From: Octopus bimaculoides
Lineage: Eukaryota
Direction: 5' to 3'
DNA: 64,000 nucleotides
NCBI RefSeq assembly: GCF_001194135.2
Contig: NC_068984.1
Location: forward strand, 130,657,233-130,721,232
Every line of letters starts with the position of its first letter. Position 1 is the first letter of the stretch. Of the stretch, positions 25,809 to 38,150 are shown piece by piece. The notes beneath the pieces were generated by a model. It saw only the letters and a list, made by a program, of their open reading frames with translations, did not search any database and had not been told where the DNA came from. The position numbers and the translations under genes are program-made.

Positions 25809-26190
25809 AGAGGCGCAATGGCCCAGTGGTTAGGGCAGCGGACTCACGGTCATAGGATTGCGGTTTCGATTCCTAGACCGGGCATTGGGAGTGTTTATTG
25901 AGTGAAAACACCTAAAGCTCCACGAGGTTCCGGCAGGGGATGGTGGCGAACCCTGCTGTACTCTTTCACCACAGCTTTCTCTCACTCTTACTTCCTGTTT
26001 CTGTTTTACCTGTATTTCAAAGGGTCAGCCTTGTCACGCTGTGTCACGCTGAATATCCCCGAGAACTACGTTAAGGGTACACGTGTCTGTGGAGTGCTCA
26101 GCCACTTGCATGTTAAATTCACAAGCAGGCTGTTCCGTTGATCGGATCAACTGGAACCCTCGACGTCGTAAGAGACGGAGTGCCAACAAC
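25809..26190 (+). mobile_element. SINE family E, full
   Basis: tggcccagtggttagggc A box, ggtttcgattcc B box, ends gagtgccaacaacaa. Confidence 0.92.
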
Positions 26191-26199
26191 AATATTCCT

Positions 26200-26378
26200 C
26201 CCTGGATGGGATGCCAGCCTGTTGCAGGATTACTCATTTTACCAGCTGAGTGCACAGGAGCAACATGAAATGAAGTGTTTTGCTCAAGAACACAATGCAT
26301 CACACAGTCCAGGAATTGAAACCATGGTCTTGAGATCATGAATGCAACATACTAACTACTAAGCCATGTGCCTCCACA
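26200..26378 (-). mobile_element. tRNA-headed SINE family F
   Basis: Homologous to 57470-57700; head resembles E head. Confidence 0.65.
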
Positions 26379-26479
26379 CTTATGTGACAGTAGTTCACAA
26401 CTATCACACAATGTCAAGGCAAGGAGAGAGCAACACACACACAAACAAATATGCACATACACATCCACATACATACATA

Positions 26480-27300
26480 TAATGGGCTTCTTTCAGTTTC
26501 CTTCTACCAAACTTAAACAAGGCTTTGGTTGGCCTGAGACTATAGTAGAAGTCACTTGCCCAAGGTTCCACACAGTAGGACTGAACCCCAAAACCATGTG
26601 GTTGAGAAGCAAACTTCTTACCACACAGGAATCATCACAAAAATCAATAATCCATTGGATCAATACTTAGCTTGGTGGCACCATTTGGTTTTGTAGTCTT
26701 ACGTAGATAAAAATATAAATTCTCCTGCAACTCCTGGATAGGTTACTTGTCCATGCAACTGGCATTTTCTGTGAAAAGCTTTGCACAAATTCATGGTAGC
26801 TAGATTAACTTGCTATCAAAGTCATTCTTTCCCCCATGGGCTCAGGCATGGCTGTGGTAAGAAGTTTATTTCCTAAACACATGGTTTGGGATTCAGTCCC
26901 ACGGCATAACACCTTCAACATATAATCCTGGATCAACCAATGCCTTGTAAGTGAATTTGATAGATGGAAAATGTGTGGAAGCCTGTAATGTGTGTGTGTG
27001 TGTATGTGTGTGTGTGTGTGTGTATGTGTGTTTGTATACGTAAACGTATACAAAAATAAGAGTAAAAAGTTTCACTGAAGGACAACAAAGAAGCACATGG
27101 AAAAATCACATACAAGATGTGGACAACCTTAACCCCTCATCAATTATTGGCCCAAAACCATCACAATTTCACACCATTATCGATAAGACTGTTCATTTTG
27201 TAGTATCTACAGCAAAATGCTTACCCAAGGTGCTGTGCAGTAGGACTGAACTCAAAACCATGTGGCTGCCACAAGACAGCTTCTTAACCAGACAGACATT
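26480..27300. mobile_element. Cluster of three old SINE A head fragments (-, +, -)
   Basis: 26480-26630, 26845-27000, 27200-27300. Confidence 0.65.
26703..26768 (-). CDS. Candidate 66-nt exon (KCQLHGQVTYPGVAGEFIFLS)
   Basis: Acceptor gcaaagcttttcacag, donor TAC|GTAAGA, symmetric phase 2-2 frame open. Confidence 0.38.
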
Positions 27301-27764
27301 CCTGCATCTGAACCATAAAGGCGTGACTGCGCCTGTAACATGTTTGTTTATGTTTTTCTTTGTGTTTGCTTTTTACTCCATTTATGTTGTCCTGACATTT
27401 GGATGTTGATGTAATATCGTCATAGGGCAGGAAAAGCATGGAAGGGATAGGGGGAAAAAGGGGGCAGAAAATGGAGAAAAGGCGCAGAAGTAGAAAAAGA
27501 GAAATGAAAATAAAAAAGAAAAAAACTGAAAGAGTAAAAGGAAACGAAGGAATCTGAAAGAAAACAAAAGATGCTGAAAGATATTTAAGGAGACTAGACA
27601 GTTTTGTATGTAACACTTGTGATGCCGAGTAAGAGTGGAGTGTGAGTGGAGTGCTCCTACCTCCCCATGAGTTTGGGATCTCCAACTGTCACAATAAAAC
27701 TTTAAAGCTGAGTTTCAACTATGTAGCTTGTACTCATTGGAGCTTCCCTTCAGATATTCTCTTT

Positions 27765-28140
27765 TATTCTCTTTTACTTGTTTCAGTCATTTGACTGCGG
27801 CCATGCTGGAGCACCACCTTTAGTCGAGTAAATCGACCCCAGGACTTATTCTTTGTAAGCCTAGTACTTATTCTATCGTTCTCTTTTGCCGAACTGCTAA
27901 GTTACGGGGACATAAACACACCAGCATCGGTTGTCAAGCAATGTTGGGGGGACAAACACAGACAAACACCCACACACATATATATACATAAACATACATA
28001 TACAACGGACTTCTTTCAAGGCTTTGGTCGGCCTGAGGCTATAGTAGAGGACACTTGCCCAAGGTGCCACGCAGTGGGACTGAACCCGGAACCATGTTGT
28101 TCGTAAGCAAGCTACTTACTACACAGCCACTCCTATGCCT
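27765..28140 (-). mobile_element. SINE family A
   Basis: Collinear, small internal deletion. Confidence 0.9.
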
Positions 28141-28204
28141 GTGACACTCCTATGACATTATTATTATTATTATTACTATTATTATTATTATTATTATTAT
28201 TATT

Positions 28205-28345
28205 ATCTGCCGAGTTCAGCTTTGCCTTTCATCCTTTCAGGGTTGATAAATTAAGTACCAGTGAAACTACTGGGGCCGGTGTAATTGACTAGTCCTCTCC
28301 CCCAAAATTTCAGGCCTTGTGCCTATAGTAGAAAGGATTATTATT
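28205..28345 (+). mobile_element. SINE family D between (ATT)n tracts
   Basis: ttcatcctttcagggttgataaattaagtaccagt...gcctatagtagaaagg. Confidence 0.78.
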
Positions 28346-28419
28346 ATTATTATTATTACTATTATTATCAACTACCTCCCTCCCACAAAATTTCAGGTCT
28401 TATACTATTAGTAGACGAG

Positions 28420-28645
28420 GGCCAGTACTGCCTGACTGGCCCCTGTGCCGGTGGCATGTAAAAGCAACCACTACTCTTGGAGTGATTGGCGTTAGGAAGG
28501 GCGTCCAGCTGTAGAAACTCTGCCAGATCAGATTGGAGCCTGGTGCAGCCATCTGGTTCACCAGTCCTCAGTCAAATCGTCCAACCCATGCTATCATGGA
28601 AAGCGGACGTTAAACGATGATGATGATGATGATGATGATGATTAT
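28420..28645 (+). mobile_element. Family B, 5'-truncated
   Basis: Same tail. Confidence 0.85.
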
Positions 28646-28655
28646 TTATGACTGC

Positions 28656-28858
28656 ATGAGTGGCTGTGTGGTAAGTAGCTTGCTTACCAACCACATGGTT
28701 TTGTGTTCAGTCCCACTGTGTGACACCTTGAGCAAGTGTCTTCTACTATAGCCTCGGGCCGACCAAAGCCTTGTGAGTGGATTTGGTAGATGGAAACTGA
28801 AAGAAGCCCGTCATATATATACTCTTTTACTTGTTTCAGTCATTTGACTGCGGCCATG

Positions 28859-28902
<44 letters not shown>

Positions 28903-29122
28903 GTGTGTGTATATGTTTGTCCCCCCAACATTGCTTGACAACCGATGCTGCTGTGTTTACGTCCCCATAACTTAGCGGTTCGGCAAAAAGAGCTGATAGA
29001 ATAAGTACTAGGCTTCCAACGAATAAGTCCTGGGGTCGATTTGCTCAACTAAAGGCAGTGCTCCAGCATGGCCGCAGTCAAATGACTGAAACAAGTAAAA
29101 GAGTAAAAGGGAGTAAAAGAGC
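28656..29122 (+). mobile_element. SINE family A with inverted fragment of its own 3' end
   Basis: 28823-28859 is the reverse complement of ~29066-29102. Confidence 0.88.
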
Positions 29123-29935
29123 ATGTATTTGTATGTCCATTTGGTGACAGTGTGCATGTAATGTGAAACGGATTATATATTCAAACCTGCGTGTTGTCAC
29201 TGGAACAATTTTTTTAGATGTGTGTGTGTTCAGATGTGTGTATGCATACCACTTCAGATGTAGGTCTCTGCATGTGTTCATATAGTGGCTATTTTTTTGT
29301 ATATAAGAGTATATGTATGTGAATACATGTGCGTTTAACTGCTTTAATGTATTCCCATATATTGTATGTGTATGTATGTGTGCATGTGTACGTGCATGCG
29401 CATGTGTTTCTATGTGTGTGCATGTATGTGTTAGTGTGTGTGTGTGTGTGTGTGTAATTAACCTGAATAGCCAAATATTTACATAAAATAAGGTCAGAGA
29501 GAGAGAGAGAGAGAAAGACAGAGATAGAGAGCAGAATGAGAAGGAGGGAAGAGGGTGTGTGTGTGTCTGTGCGTGTGTGGGTCTGTGCATGTGTGTGTCT
29601 GCGCGTGTGTGTGTGTGTGCGTCTGTTCTACAGTATATATAAGTAGCTCCAGTTCATGTTTACACAATAAACTGACTGAATTAGGGTGGAGGGTGGTAAT
29701 GAGAGAGGAAGTGCTGAGGAGATATACATAACTATAAGGGTGGGGGGTAGGTGAGCTTGTCAAGCTGAGGTGGGGCCCGGGGAGGAGGGAAGGAGATGAC
29801 GTAGGAGTGGGGGGAAGGGCAATATGATGTTCCAACATCTCAGTTTTGTCACCTTCAGCTAGATTTCAAACTGAAGTGTATGTGTGTGATCACCAGAGTT
29901 TTACATCCACTTTCTATGGCTGGTATGGGTTAGAC

Positions 29936-30610
29936 TAGTAGTTCTCAACCACTTTTAATTGATGGACCCTCTCTGATTCCTCTCTTTGCTCAGATGGAAC
30001 CTTATAGCCATTCGATGTTTAAAAAAATTCTTTTATATTTTTATAATTAAATATTAGGCATTGTACAAAAAAATAATTACTCTTTTACTCTCTCTTTTAC
30101 TTGTTGCAGTCATTTGACTGCGGCCATGCTGGAGCACCACCTTTAGTCGAGCAAATCGACCCCAGGACTTATTCTTTCTAAGCCTAGTTCTTTTTCTATC
30201 GTTCTCTTTTGCCGAACCGCTGAGTTACGGGGACGTAAACACACCAGCATCGGTTGTCAAGCGATGTTGGGGTGACAAACACAGACACACAAACACACAC
30301 ACACACACATATATATATATACATATATATGACGGGTTTCTTTTAGTTTCTGTCTACCAAATCCACTCACAAGGCTTTGGTCGGCCCGAGGCTATAGTAG
30401 AAGACACTTGCCTAAGGTGCCATGCAGTGGGATTGAACCCAGAACCATGTGGTTGGTAAGCAAGCTACTTACCACACAGCCACTCCTGCACCTAATTGTT
30501 AAAATATTTCATGTATTGTAAAAGCATAACCATTTACTGCGCATAAATATTAGCAACAGAATCTTATGAGGTCCCCCAAGTGTCATCTGGACACCGATTG
30601 ATAAGCACTG
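29936..30610. mobile_element. hAT-like MITE split by SINE A
   Basis: Ends tagtagttctcaacc / gattgataagcactg resemble CAGTGGTTCTCAACC TIRs; related interior at ~53700-54000. Confidence 0.5.
30078..30493 (-). mobile_element. SINE family A inserted in a hAT-like MITE
   Basis: Near-consensus copy. Confidence 0.9.
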
Positions 30611-30670
30611 GGTCGGATGGTTAATTGCTCATCAGTGTTCTTCTCAATGGGTCACAGAGCCAAAGCTTAC

Positions 30671-30736
30671 TGATGAGTTTCATTTTTGGCTTGGATTCTA
30701 TGGCTGGATGCCTGATATGTCAGCTTATTAGGAAAC
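30671..30736 (-). CDS. Candidate 66-nt exon (FPNKLTYQASSHRIQAKNETH)
   Basis: Acceptor atactacaatttacag, donor TCA|GTAAGC; only one frame open (phase 2-2). Confidence 0.42.
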
Positions 30737-30834
30737 CTGTAAATTGTAGTATTTAGCTCGGTACCATCCAGCATACAATTGGCGAATGCAGAAAACTCAA
30801 AGGAATATTAACAGATCAATAAATTTATTAATCA

Positions 30835-31327
30835 ATTTGCGAAGACCTGTTGAGGCAAGTGAAATCAAAATCAAGTTAAATTCGACGACTGGCACCCATG
30901 CCAACGTCATCTCCTTCATTGGACACGAAACTCAGCTTGCGAAGACTTGTTGGGGCAAGCGAAAGCGAAATCGTGATGGCACCTGTGCCCAGCGTCGCCT
31001 TTCTGGCACTTGTGCTCGTGGCATGGGTAAGGACTTTCGAGCGAGATTGTTGCCAGTGCCCCTGGACTGGCTCTTGTGGGTGGCACATAAAATACACCAT
31101 TTTGAGCGTGGCCGTTGCCAGTACTGCCTGACTGGCCTTCGTGCCGGTGGCACGTAAAAGCACCCACTACACTCTCTGAGTGGTTGGCGTAAGGAAGGGC
31201 ATCCAGCTGTAGAAACTCTGCCAGATCAGATTGGAGCCTGGTGTAGCCATTTGGTTTCACCAGTCCTCAGTCAAATCGTCTAACCCATGCTAGCATGGAA
31301 AGCGGACGTTAAATGACGATGATGATG
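30835..31327 (+). mobile_element. Family B
   Basis: Includes ccttcattggacacgaaactc junction shared with RTE copy at 39880. Confidence 0.88.
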
Positions 31328-31842
31328 TATCAAATTCATTTCGTCCATTACTAAAATTTGGAATGATGTTGACAAAATAAAAAGTGCCGCACAACTTCAA
31401 TTCTAGGCGCAACATACATTACAAATAATATGTAGTTATTCTTTTCTTCAGCTGTCAGTCGTAGGTTGGTGTTGACTATTCCTGTTTAGTAATTGCTGAA
31501 CAAAACATTGTAGACAGTTCAATGGTTATACACCAACCAGTGCTGAGGCAATGGATTAGCAGATACAAAGTAACCATAGTCCAGTTACTGGTGATGTTGG
31601 TGGTGACAGTGGTTGTATGATGGGGTGTGGTGGTAGTGGTGAGGGTGACTGTTATGTTGATTTTGTTTGCTGCTTGTTGCTGCTTGCTCTTGTTACAAAC
31701 TCTGGTTAGCCCCTAATCAAGTAAAGCTGTGATTAAAGGCATTCCACTTAACCACAAACTATAATATTTGCAGTGATTTCACCCACAAAACACAAATACT
31801 ATCACACACACACACCTCTACTACGTCATCATATTTACTATT

Positions 31843-32042
31843 ATACTCTTTTACTTGTTTCAGTCCTTTGACTGCGGCCATGCTGGAGCACCGCCTTTAG
31901 TCGAGCAAATCGACCCCAGGACTTATTCTTTGTAAGCCTAGTACTTATTCTATCGTTCTCTTTTGCTGAACCACTAAGTTACGGGGACGTAAACACACCA
32001 GCATCGGTTGTCAAGCGATGTTGGGTGGGGGGACAAACACAG

Positions 32043-32081
<39 letters not shown>

Positions 32082-32248
32082 TGTGACGGGCTTCTTTCAG
32101 TTTCCATCTACCAAATCCACTCACAAGGCTATGGTTGGCCCAAGGCTATAGTAGAAGACACGTACTCAAGGTGCCACACAGTGGGACAGAACCTGGAACC
32201 ATGTGGTTCGTAAGCAAGCTACTTACCACAGAGCCACTCCTACGCCTA
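31843..32248 (-). mobile_element. SINE family A
   Basis: Near-consensus; head-to-head with next copy. Confidence 0.9.
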
Positions 32249-32302
32249 TATTATGATTACTAGTTGTGAACATCAGCAGGACTCAATGAAGAAACCTCCA
32301 CA

Positions 32303-32700
32303 GGAGTAACTGTGTGGTAAGTAGCTTGCTTACCAACCACATGGTTCCGGGTTCAGTCCCACTGTGTGGCACCTTGGGCAAGTGTCTTTCACTATAGCCT
32401 TGGGCCGACCAAAGCCTTGTGAGTCGATTTAGTAAACGGAAACTGAAAGAAGCCCGTCGTGTGTGTGTGTGTGTGTGTGTGTCCTTGTGTCTGTGTTTGT
32501 CCCCTCACCATCGCTTGACAACAGATATTGGTGTGTTCACATCCCCGTAACTTAGTGGTTCGGTAAAAGAGACCAATAGAGTAAGTACTAGGCTTACAAA
32601 GAATAAGTCCTGGGGTCGATTTGCTCGACTAAAGGCGGTGCTCCAGCATGGCCACAGTCAAATGACTGAAACAGATAAAAGAAAAGAAATAAAAGAAAAT
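32303..32700 (+). mobile_element. SINE family A
   Basis: Near-consensus. Confidence 0.9.
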
Positions 32701-32914
32701 GGTTGCTTGTCCTCCTGGAAATAGCAGCCAATCCTCCCTTAAATCACCAGTGGATACCAGTAAGCATTTTCCAGTTCCTTTTAGGCTTAGCTGTGCAGTT
32801 AAGAAATTTGCATACCAACCACATGGTTTGGGGTTCAGTTCTTCTGCATGGCTCTTCAGACAGATGTCTTCTACTATAGCCTTGAGCCAGTAGATTGAAA
32901 CTGAAGGAAGCCCA

Positions 32915-33430
32915 TGTAAAAAGCACTGGTGCCAGCGACATGTACAGAGCTCTCGTGCCAGTGCCACATTAAAAGCATCTGTGCCACATAAAAAGCAGCC
33001 AGTACACTTCGTTAAATGGTTGGCATTAGGAACGGCATCAAGCCAAAGAAACCATGCCAAAACAGATGACTGGGACTTAGTGCAGCCCTCCACCTTGACA
33101 GCTCCCATCAAACTGTCTAACCCATGCCAGCATGGAAAACAGATGTTGTATGTGTGTGTGTGTGTGTAGGTAGTGATGGGGGAGTGTGTATATTTGTGTC
33201 TCCTTGTTTTGGCATTGTATGATAGTTGTGAAATGACTGTCATTGTTATCGAAACAGTGAGAACATGTCCGGACATAGGTGGAGGGGGGTGATACCTTGC
33301 TTGAAAACAGGCAAGGGTTGATGACAGGAAAGGCAATTGGTCATAGAAAATCTAAATCCTGCTTCAACAAATTCCATCCGACCTATACAAGCAGTGGGAG
33401 AGTGGTTGTTAAAGTGATGATGATGAGGAG
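32915..33430 (+). mobile_element. Old B-type tail followed by family C body
   Basis: Both end in cccatgc..gcatggaaaa or gtggttgttaaa+(gat)n. Confidence 0.65.
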
Positions 33431-34494
33431 GAGGAGGAGGAGGAGGGGAGGAGGAGAAATGCTTGTGGCATACTTAAACACTAACCATTATACTACTGAC
33501 ACCACTNNNNNNNNNNNNNNNNNNNNNNNNNNNNNNNNNNNNNNNNNNNNNNNNNNNNNNNNNNNNNNNNNNNNNNNNNNNNNNNNNNNNNNNNNNNNNN
33601 NNNNNNNNNNNNNNNNNNNNNNNNNNNNNNNNNNNNNNNNNNNNNNNNNNNNNNNNNNNNNNNNNNGAGAAATGCTTGTGGCATACTTAAACACTAACCA
33701 TTATACTACTGACACCACTACTCCACCACTTTAAACACTACACAGGATTCAGTCAAGGCACCTGTAAGTACTAAAATTACATGGTACTTCATTCAATGGA
33801 GGAATTTACACACACACACACACGCATGCATGCACGCACACCCACAGATACATCCATACACAGACGAACATAAACAATCTATAATTGACTGTTTCTGTTT
33901 AAATCCACCACCACCTCCACAAACATCACCACTACTGTTGTTACTACTATTAATAATACTACAACCACCACGACTACTACTACCCCCACTACTATAACTA
34001 CTACTACTATCACCACCACTACCACTATTAATACTACTATAACCACCACTACTACTATTACTACTACTTCCCCACTACCACTACTGCCACTACCACCACC
34101 ACTACTGATACTAGACCATTACCATTGCTACCCTTAATGCAAAGCAACTACTACCGTACACCAAAGCTAGGACAATGATGGCTGGTATGGGCAATGGTAG
34201 AATCCAAAACAATTACATAGAAGAAATTACAGAAAAGAAACAAAAATATCACCTTTACCACTTTGACCACCAACACCACCACCACCACCCACACCAGTGT
34301 CATACTCAACACTCCAGTACCTACCTAACCCATCCCACCCCACCCTTAGAAAGTACTTCAAGTCAGTCATCAAAAGGTCAACTGGTGACTGGACTTACAG
34401 CACTACTATGACACTAACAGATGGTTAAAACAAGACAGGTTTCAAACAGTTGGAGTGGAGTGGAGGGCTAGCTGTCATCCAGGAGCAAGTTACC

Positions 34495-34740
34495 ATCATC
34501 ATCATCGTTTAACGTCCACTTTTTCATGCTTGCATGGGTCAGATAGAATTTGTTGAGACATTTTACAGTTGGATGCCCATTCTGTCACCAACCCTCATCT
34601 ATTTCTAAGCAAGGTAATTAGTTCTCCCATGGGCAAACATGTTTTTTCCGTGGGAGGCTGGAAATAGATGACATCGCTTGTATGACAGTGATGCTCATTT
34701 ACAACCATCATGTGATCTCAAGACAGGGGAACACACCAAC
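34495..34740 (-). mobile_element. Family C
   Basis: Same motif set. Confidence 0.75.
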
Positions 34741-35249
34741 ACATACACACATANNNNNNNNNNACACACACACACACACACATTAAGGAACAAATATGTA
34801 AATGTTTGGTTTAATTTTTTTCTCTAGTTCTGAGATGTGAACACTGCTTTTCTTTGGAAGTAAAAGAACTGATCAGTTACCACAGACTCTTACCCTTTGG
34901 AGAAACAAGAGGAGCTCAGAATCTCAATGCAAAAGCGTCAATAGAATTAGTAGATTTGTCCAAATTAGCTGATAGTGTTAACAGAAAGGCAACGTAACAC
35001 ATCCTGTTGAACTGTGGTGCCCAGATAAGATTTCCAAAGCCATTCCTTTCATGTATGAAAATCCATCAAACTTAGTGTATTACACAGATGGTCCACCTAA
35101 AGAGTTTCTGAAAACAGCAGGAAGCCTTGAAATTTTCAGGGAGACACCCAAATTCCTTTTCTCTTTGTGATTGTAGTGAATTACAGCTTTAGGTGAAATC
35201 TCAACCTTATATTTAAAACAAAGGCCTCACCATCAAGTAGAAGCAACCA

Positions 35250-36050
35250 AAGCATCAGCAGAGCTTATATCTCTCTGACCTCGACTATTCTGGAGCTCTT
35301 GCCTCTGCAGCTCCCCAACTGTATGATGCGCAACACTTGTCAACATCCATTAAGAATGTTGCAGCCAAAGTAGGTCCATTTCTCAATACAAAAAAACAAA
35401 AAACAAGATTAAGCATACACCCATCAACACAGATAAGAGCTGTTTGTCAATTTGTTCTGACAATGGCTCATAACTCTAGGAGGTCAACGACTCCAAGTAC
35501 TTTGGATCCTATGTTGCTGGCAGTAAAAAAGGCTTCCTTATATGCAAAAGAAAAAAAACCTGGAGTGCCTGTAACAATCCTCAAACATCTGGCAATGAAG
35601 TGTTCCAAAATCAACAAGGCTGGCCTACTTCAACACTTGTGTAGAGAGCATTTTTCTGTAGGGAGCTGAAACCTGGACTATAGAGAAAGAGCTTCAAGAA
35701 AATTCTTGATGATATGCATGTACACCAGGTTTCCTGTGAGAGCCCAGAACATACGACCAAAGAGAAAATAATTTATGGCTACATTCCAGCCACCTCTGTG
35801 ATGGCTGTCCAACACAAGGTACATGTTGCTGGTTACTGCTCATGCAGAACAACAAACCATATCAAATGTTATATTTTGGAGACTTCCACACTATGGTAGA
35901 GGAAGAAAATCACTCAAGTACATGAATGTTATTGACAGAAACACATAACATAAAACTGGAAAGCTATCAAATCTAATGCGGACAGACTATTGAGAGACAT
36001 CTCAGTGTCATGTGGAAGAATATACATATAAAATGGATGTGTCTATTCCC
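35250..36050 (+). mobile_element. Degenerate RTE-like LINE RT C-terminal region
   Basis: LSDLDYSG (YADD-derived), KNVAAKVGPFLNTKK, VNDSKYFGSYV..TWSAC and GAETWT-like segments in order, with frameshifts. Confidence 0.75.
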
Positions 36051-36287
36051 CTCAAACAATAGAGAGCAGTTACCATATTTACTTTTGTAACTTGCATTGT
36101 TTTAGCTTTAAAAAAAAAAATCTAATTACACACACACGTGTAAATCACTTAATGTGGTCACTTTAGGACAAAGTGTTTTTGATATCAATAACCAGCTGAT
36201 AACATTAAGTTAAAGAGTTTTTGAGATCCACTAAATTTGATAACAAAGCTTGGTTGATAAAATTTTTTATGATTATAAGTGGCTTTC

Positions 36288-36341
<54 letters not shown>

Positions 36342-36561
36342 CGCGTGTGTGTATGTGTGTGTGTGTGTAAGGTTCTATAGAATGTAGAGTGTGTGTGTAT
36401 GTCTATATAAACACACACATCTATAAATACATACATAAATTCATTCATTTGTCCATCCATTTTATACTGCTTTGGCATGGGTTAGATGACCATCACCATT
36501 ATCATCATTATCAACATCCATTTCCCATGTTGGCATGGGTTGGATGGAAACAAAAAAAGAA

Positions 36562-36568
36562 GCCCATC

Positions 36569-36602
<34 letters not shown>

Positions 36603-36840
36603 TTATGTGCGTGTGTCCTTGTGTCTGTGTTTGTCCCCTCACCATCATTTAACAACTGATATTGGTGTGTTTACATCCCTGTAACTTAGCAGTTCAACAA
36701 ACGAGATTGACAGAATAAGTACTAGGCTTATAAAGAATAAGTCCCAGGATCAATTTCTTCAAATAAGAAAACCTTCTAAGGTGGTGCTCCAGCGTGGCCG
36801 TAGTCAGACGACTGACACAAGTAAAAGAATAAAAGAATAC
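36562..36840 (+). mobile_element. SINE family A, 3' half
   Basis: aagaagcccatcgtatata...gactgacacaagtaaaagaa. Confidence 0.82.
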
Positions 36841-36934
36841 ACACATCACAGACACATACCATTTCTCTTCACACACAAACTCAGCTAGTATAGAAGATAA
36901 ACTTAGCTGTTTTTATTAGTAATATACTGAGCGT

Positions 36935-37325
36935 GTGTGTGTGTTGGCACTCCGTCGCTTACGACGTCGAGGGTTCCAGTTGATCCGATCAACGGAACAG
37001 CCTGCTCGTGAAATTAACGTGCAAGTGGCTGAGCATTCCACAGACACGTGTACCCTTAACGTAGTTCTCGGGGGATATTCAGCGTGACACAGTGTGACAA
37101 GGCTGACCCTTTGAATTACAGGCACAACAGAAACAGGAAGTAAGAGTGAGAGAAAGTTGTGGTGGAAGAGTACAGCAGGGTTCGCCACCATCCCCTGCCG
37201 GAGCCTCGTGGAGCTTTAGGTGTTTTCACCCAATAAACACTCACACCGCCCGGTCTGGGAATCGAAACCACGATCCTATGACCGCGAGTCCGCTGCTCTA
37301 ACCACTGGGCCATTGCGCCTCCACT
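36935..37325 (-). mobile_element. SINE family E, young
   Basis: CpGs intact, high identity to other two. Confidence 0.92.
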
Positions 37326-37497
37326 AATATATATATATATACTGAGCAGAGCCTCATTATTCAGAATTAATATTCTTCTGATGGAGAACTGGAAAGGACG
37401 AACAGGAAAGACACAGTCTTTCATCTCTCAATGTCTCATATATATATTATTGACCTGATATATACTGCTTTCAAGTCCATTTTCGCTCATCCCTTAC

Positions 37498-37558
37498 CTT
37501 CCATTCCACCACCAACAAAAATTAACTTCAGCCCACTAAAGAAATCCTGGTTGACGTT
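37498..37558 (-). CDS. Candidate 61-nt exon (NVNQDFFSGLKLIFVGGGME)
   Basis: Branch-like ctaac plus acceptor ctaattcatag, donor AAG|GTAAGG; only one frame open. Confidence 0.42.
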
Positions 37559-37964
37559 CTATGAATTAGTTAGGGTCATTATATTTCATAGGCAAACAGG
37601 GCAGTTGCTCATATCACACACACATGCATTGAGACATAAACACCGCACATACATATACACAGACACACACTCATGTAGGAAACGGTGAGTAGACAGACAT
37701 TCACTATTTTCTTCCTTTGTATCTACATCCTGTTTGTTTACATAAGCTTTATGTGTTTCCTGTTTGCTATATATTTACAAATATATTCATAAAAGAATGC
37801 TAAATCATTGAGGTTCTATGTGTGCATGTGTGTAAGTGTGCACACAAAAAAATAATGCTCAATTTATATTGATAGCCAAGAACACACACACACACACATA
37901 AATAAATAAACAGTCATAGCTATGTGCTAAGAAGCTTGCTTCACATCCACTTAGTTCTGGCTCT

Positions 37965-38150
37965 GGTGGGAAGATTAAAAGAGTGAGTGTCAGAGACATG
38001 CCGTTAGGGACTTCAAGCAGCTGGTAGGGCTGCCCAAGGCGGACAGGGCTGCCCAAGGCGGACAGGGCTGCCCAAGGCGGACAGGTCTGACACCGGCAGT
38101 GCAAGGGCCACGACCTGGCTAACTGGAGGGCAATGGTGAATTCCAAGCAA
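37965..38150 (+). mobile_element. GC-rich fragment, probably an RTE LINE ORF2 end, with 19-bp triplication
   Basis: DLANWRAMVN-like peptide; agggctgcccaaggcggac x3 at 38026-38082; lies between head and 3' half of a SINE A. Confidence 0.4.

Noticed and set aside
25809-25885. tRNA-like sequences at heads of families A, D, E, F
   Set aside because: No complete cloverleaf or acceptor stem; they continue into SINE bodies, so they are not tRNA genes
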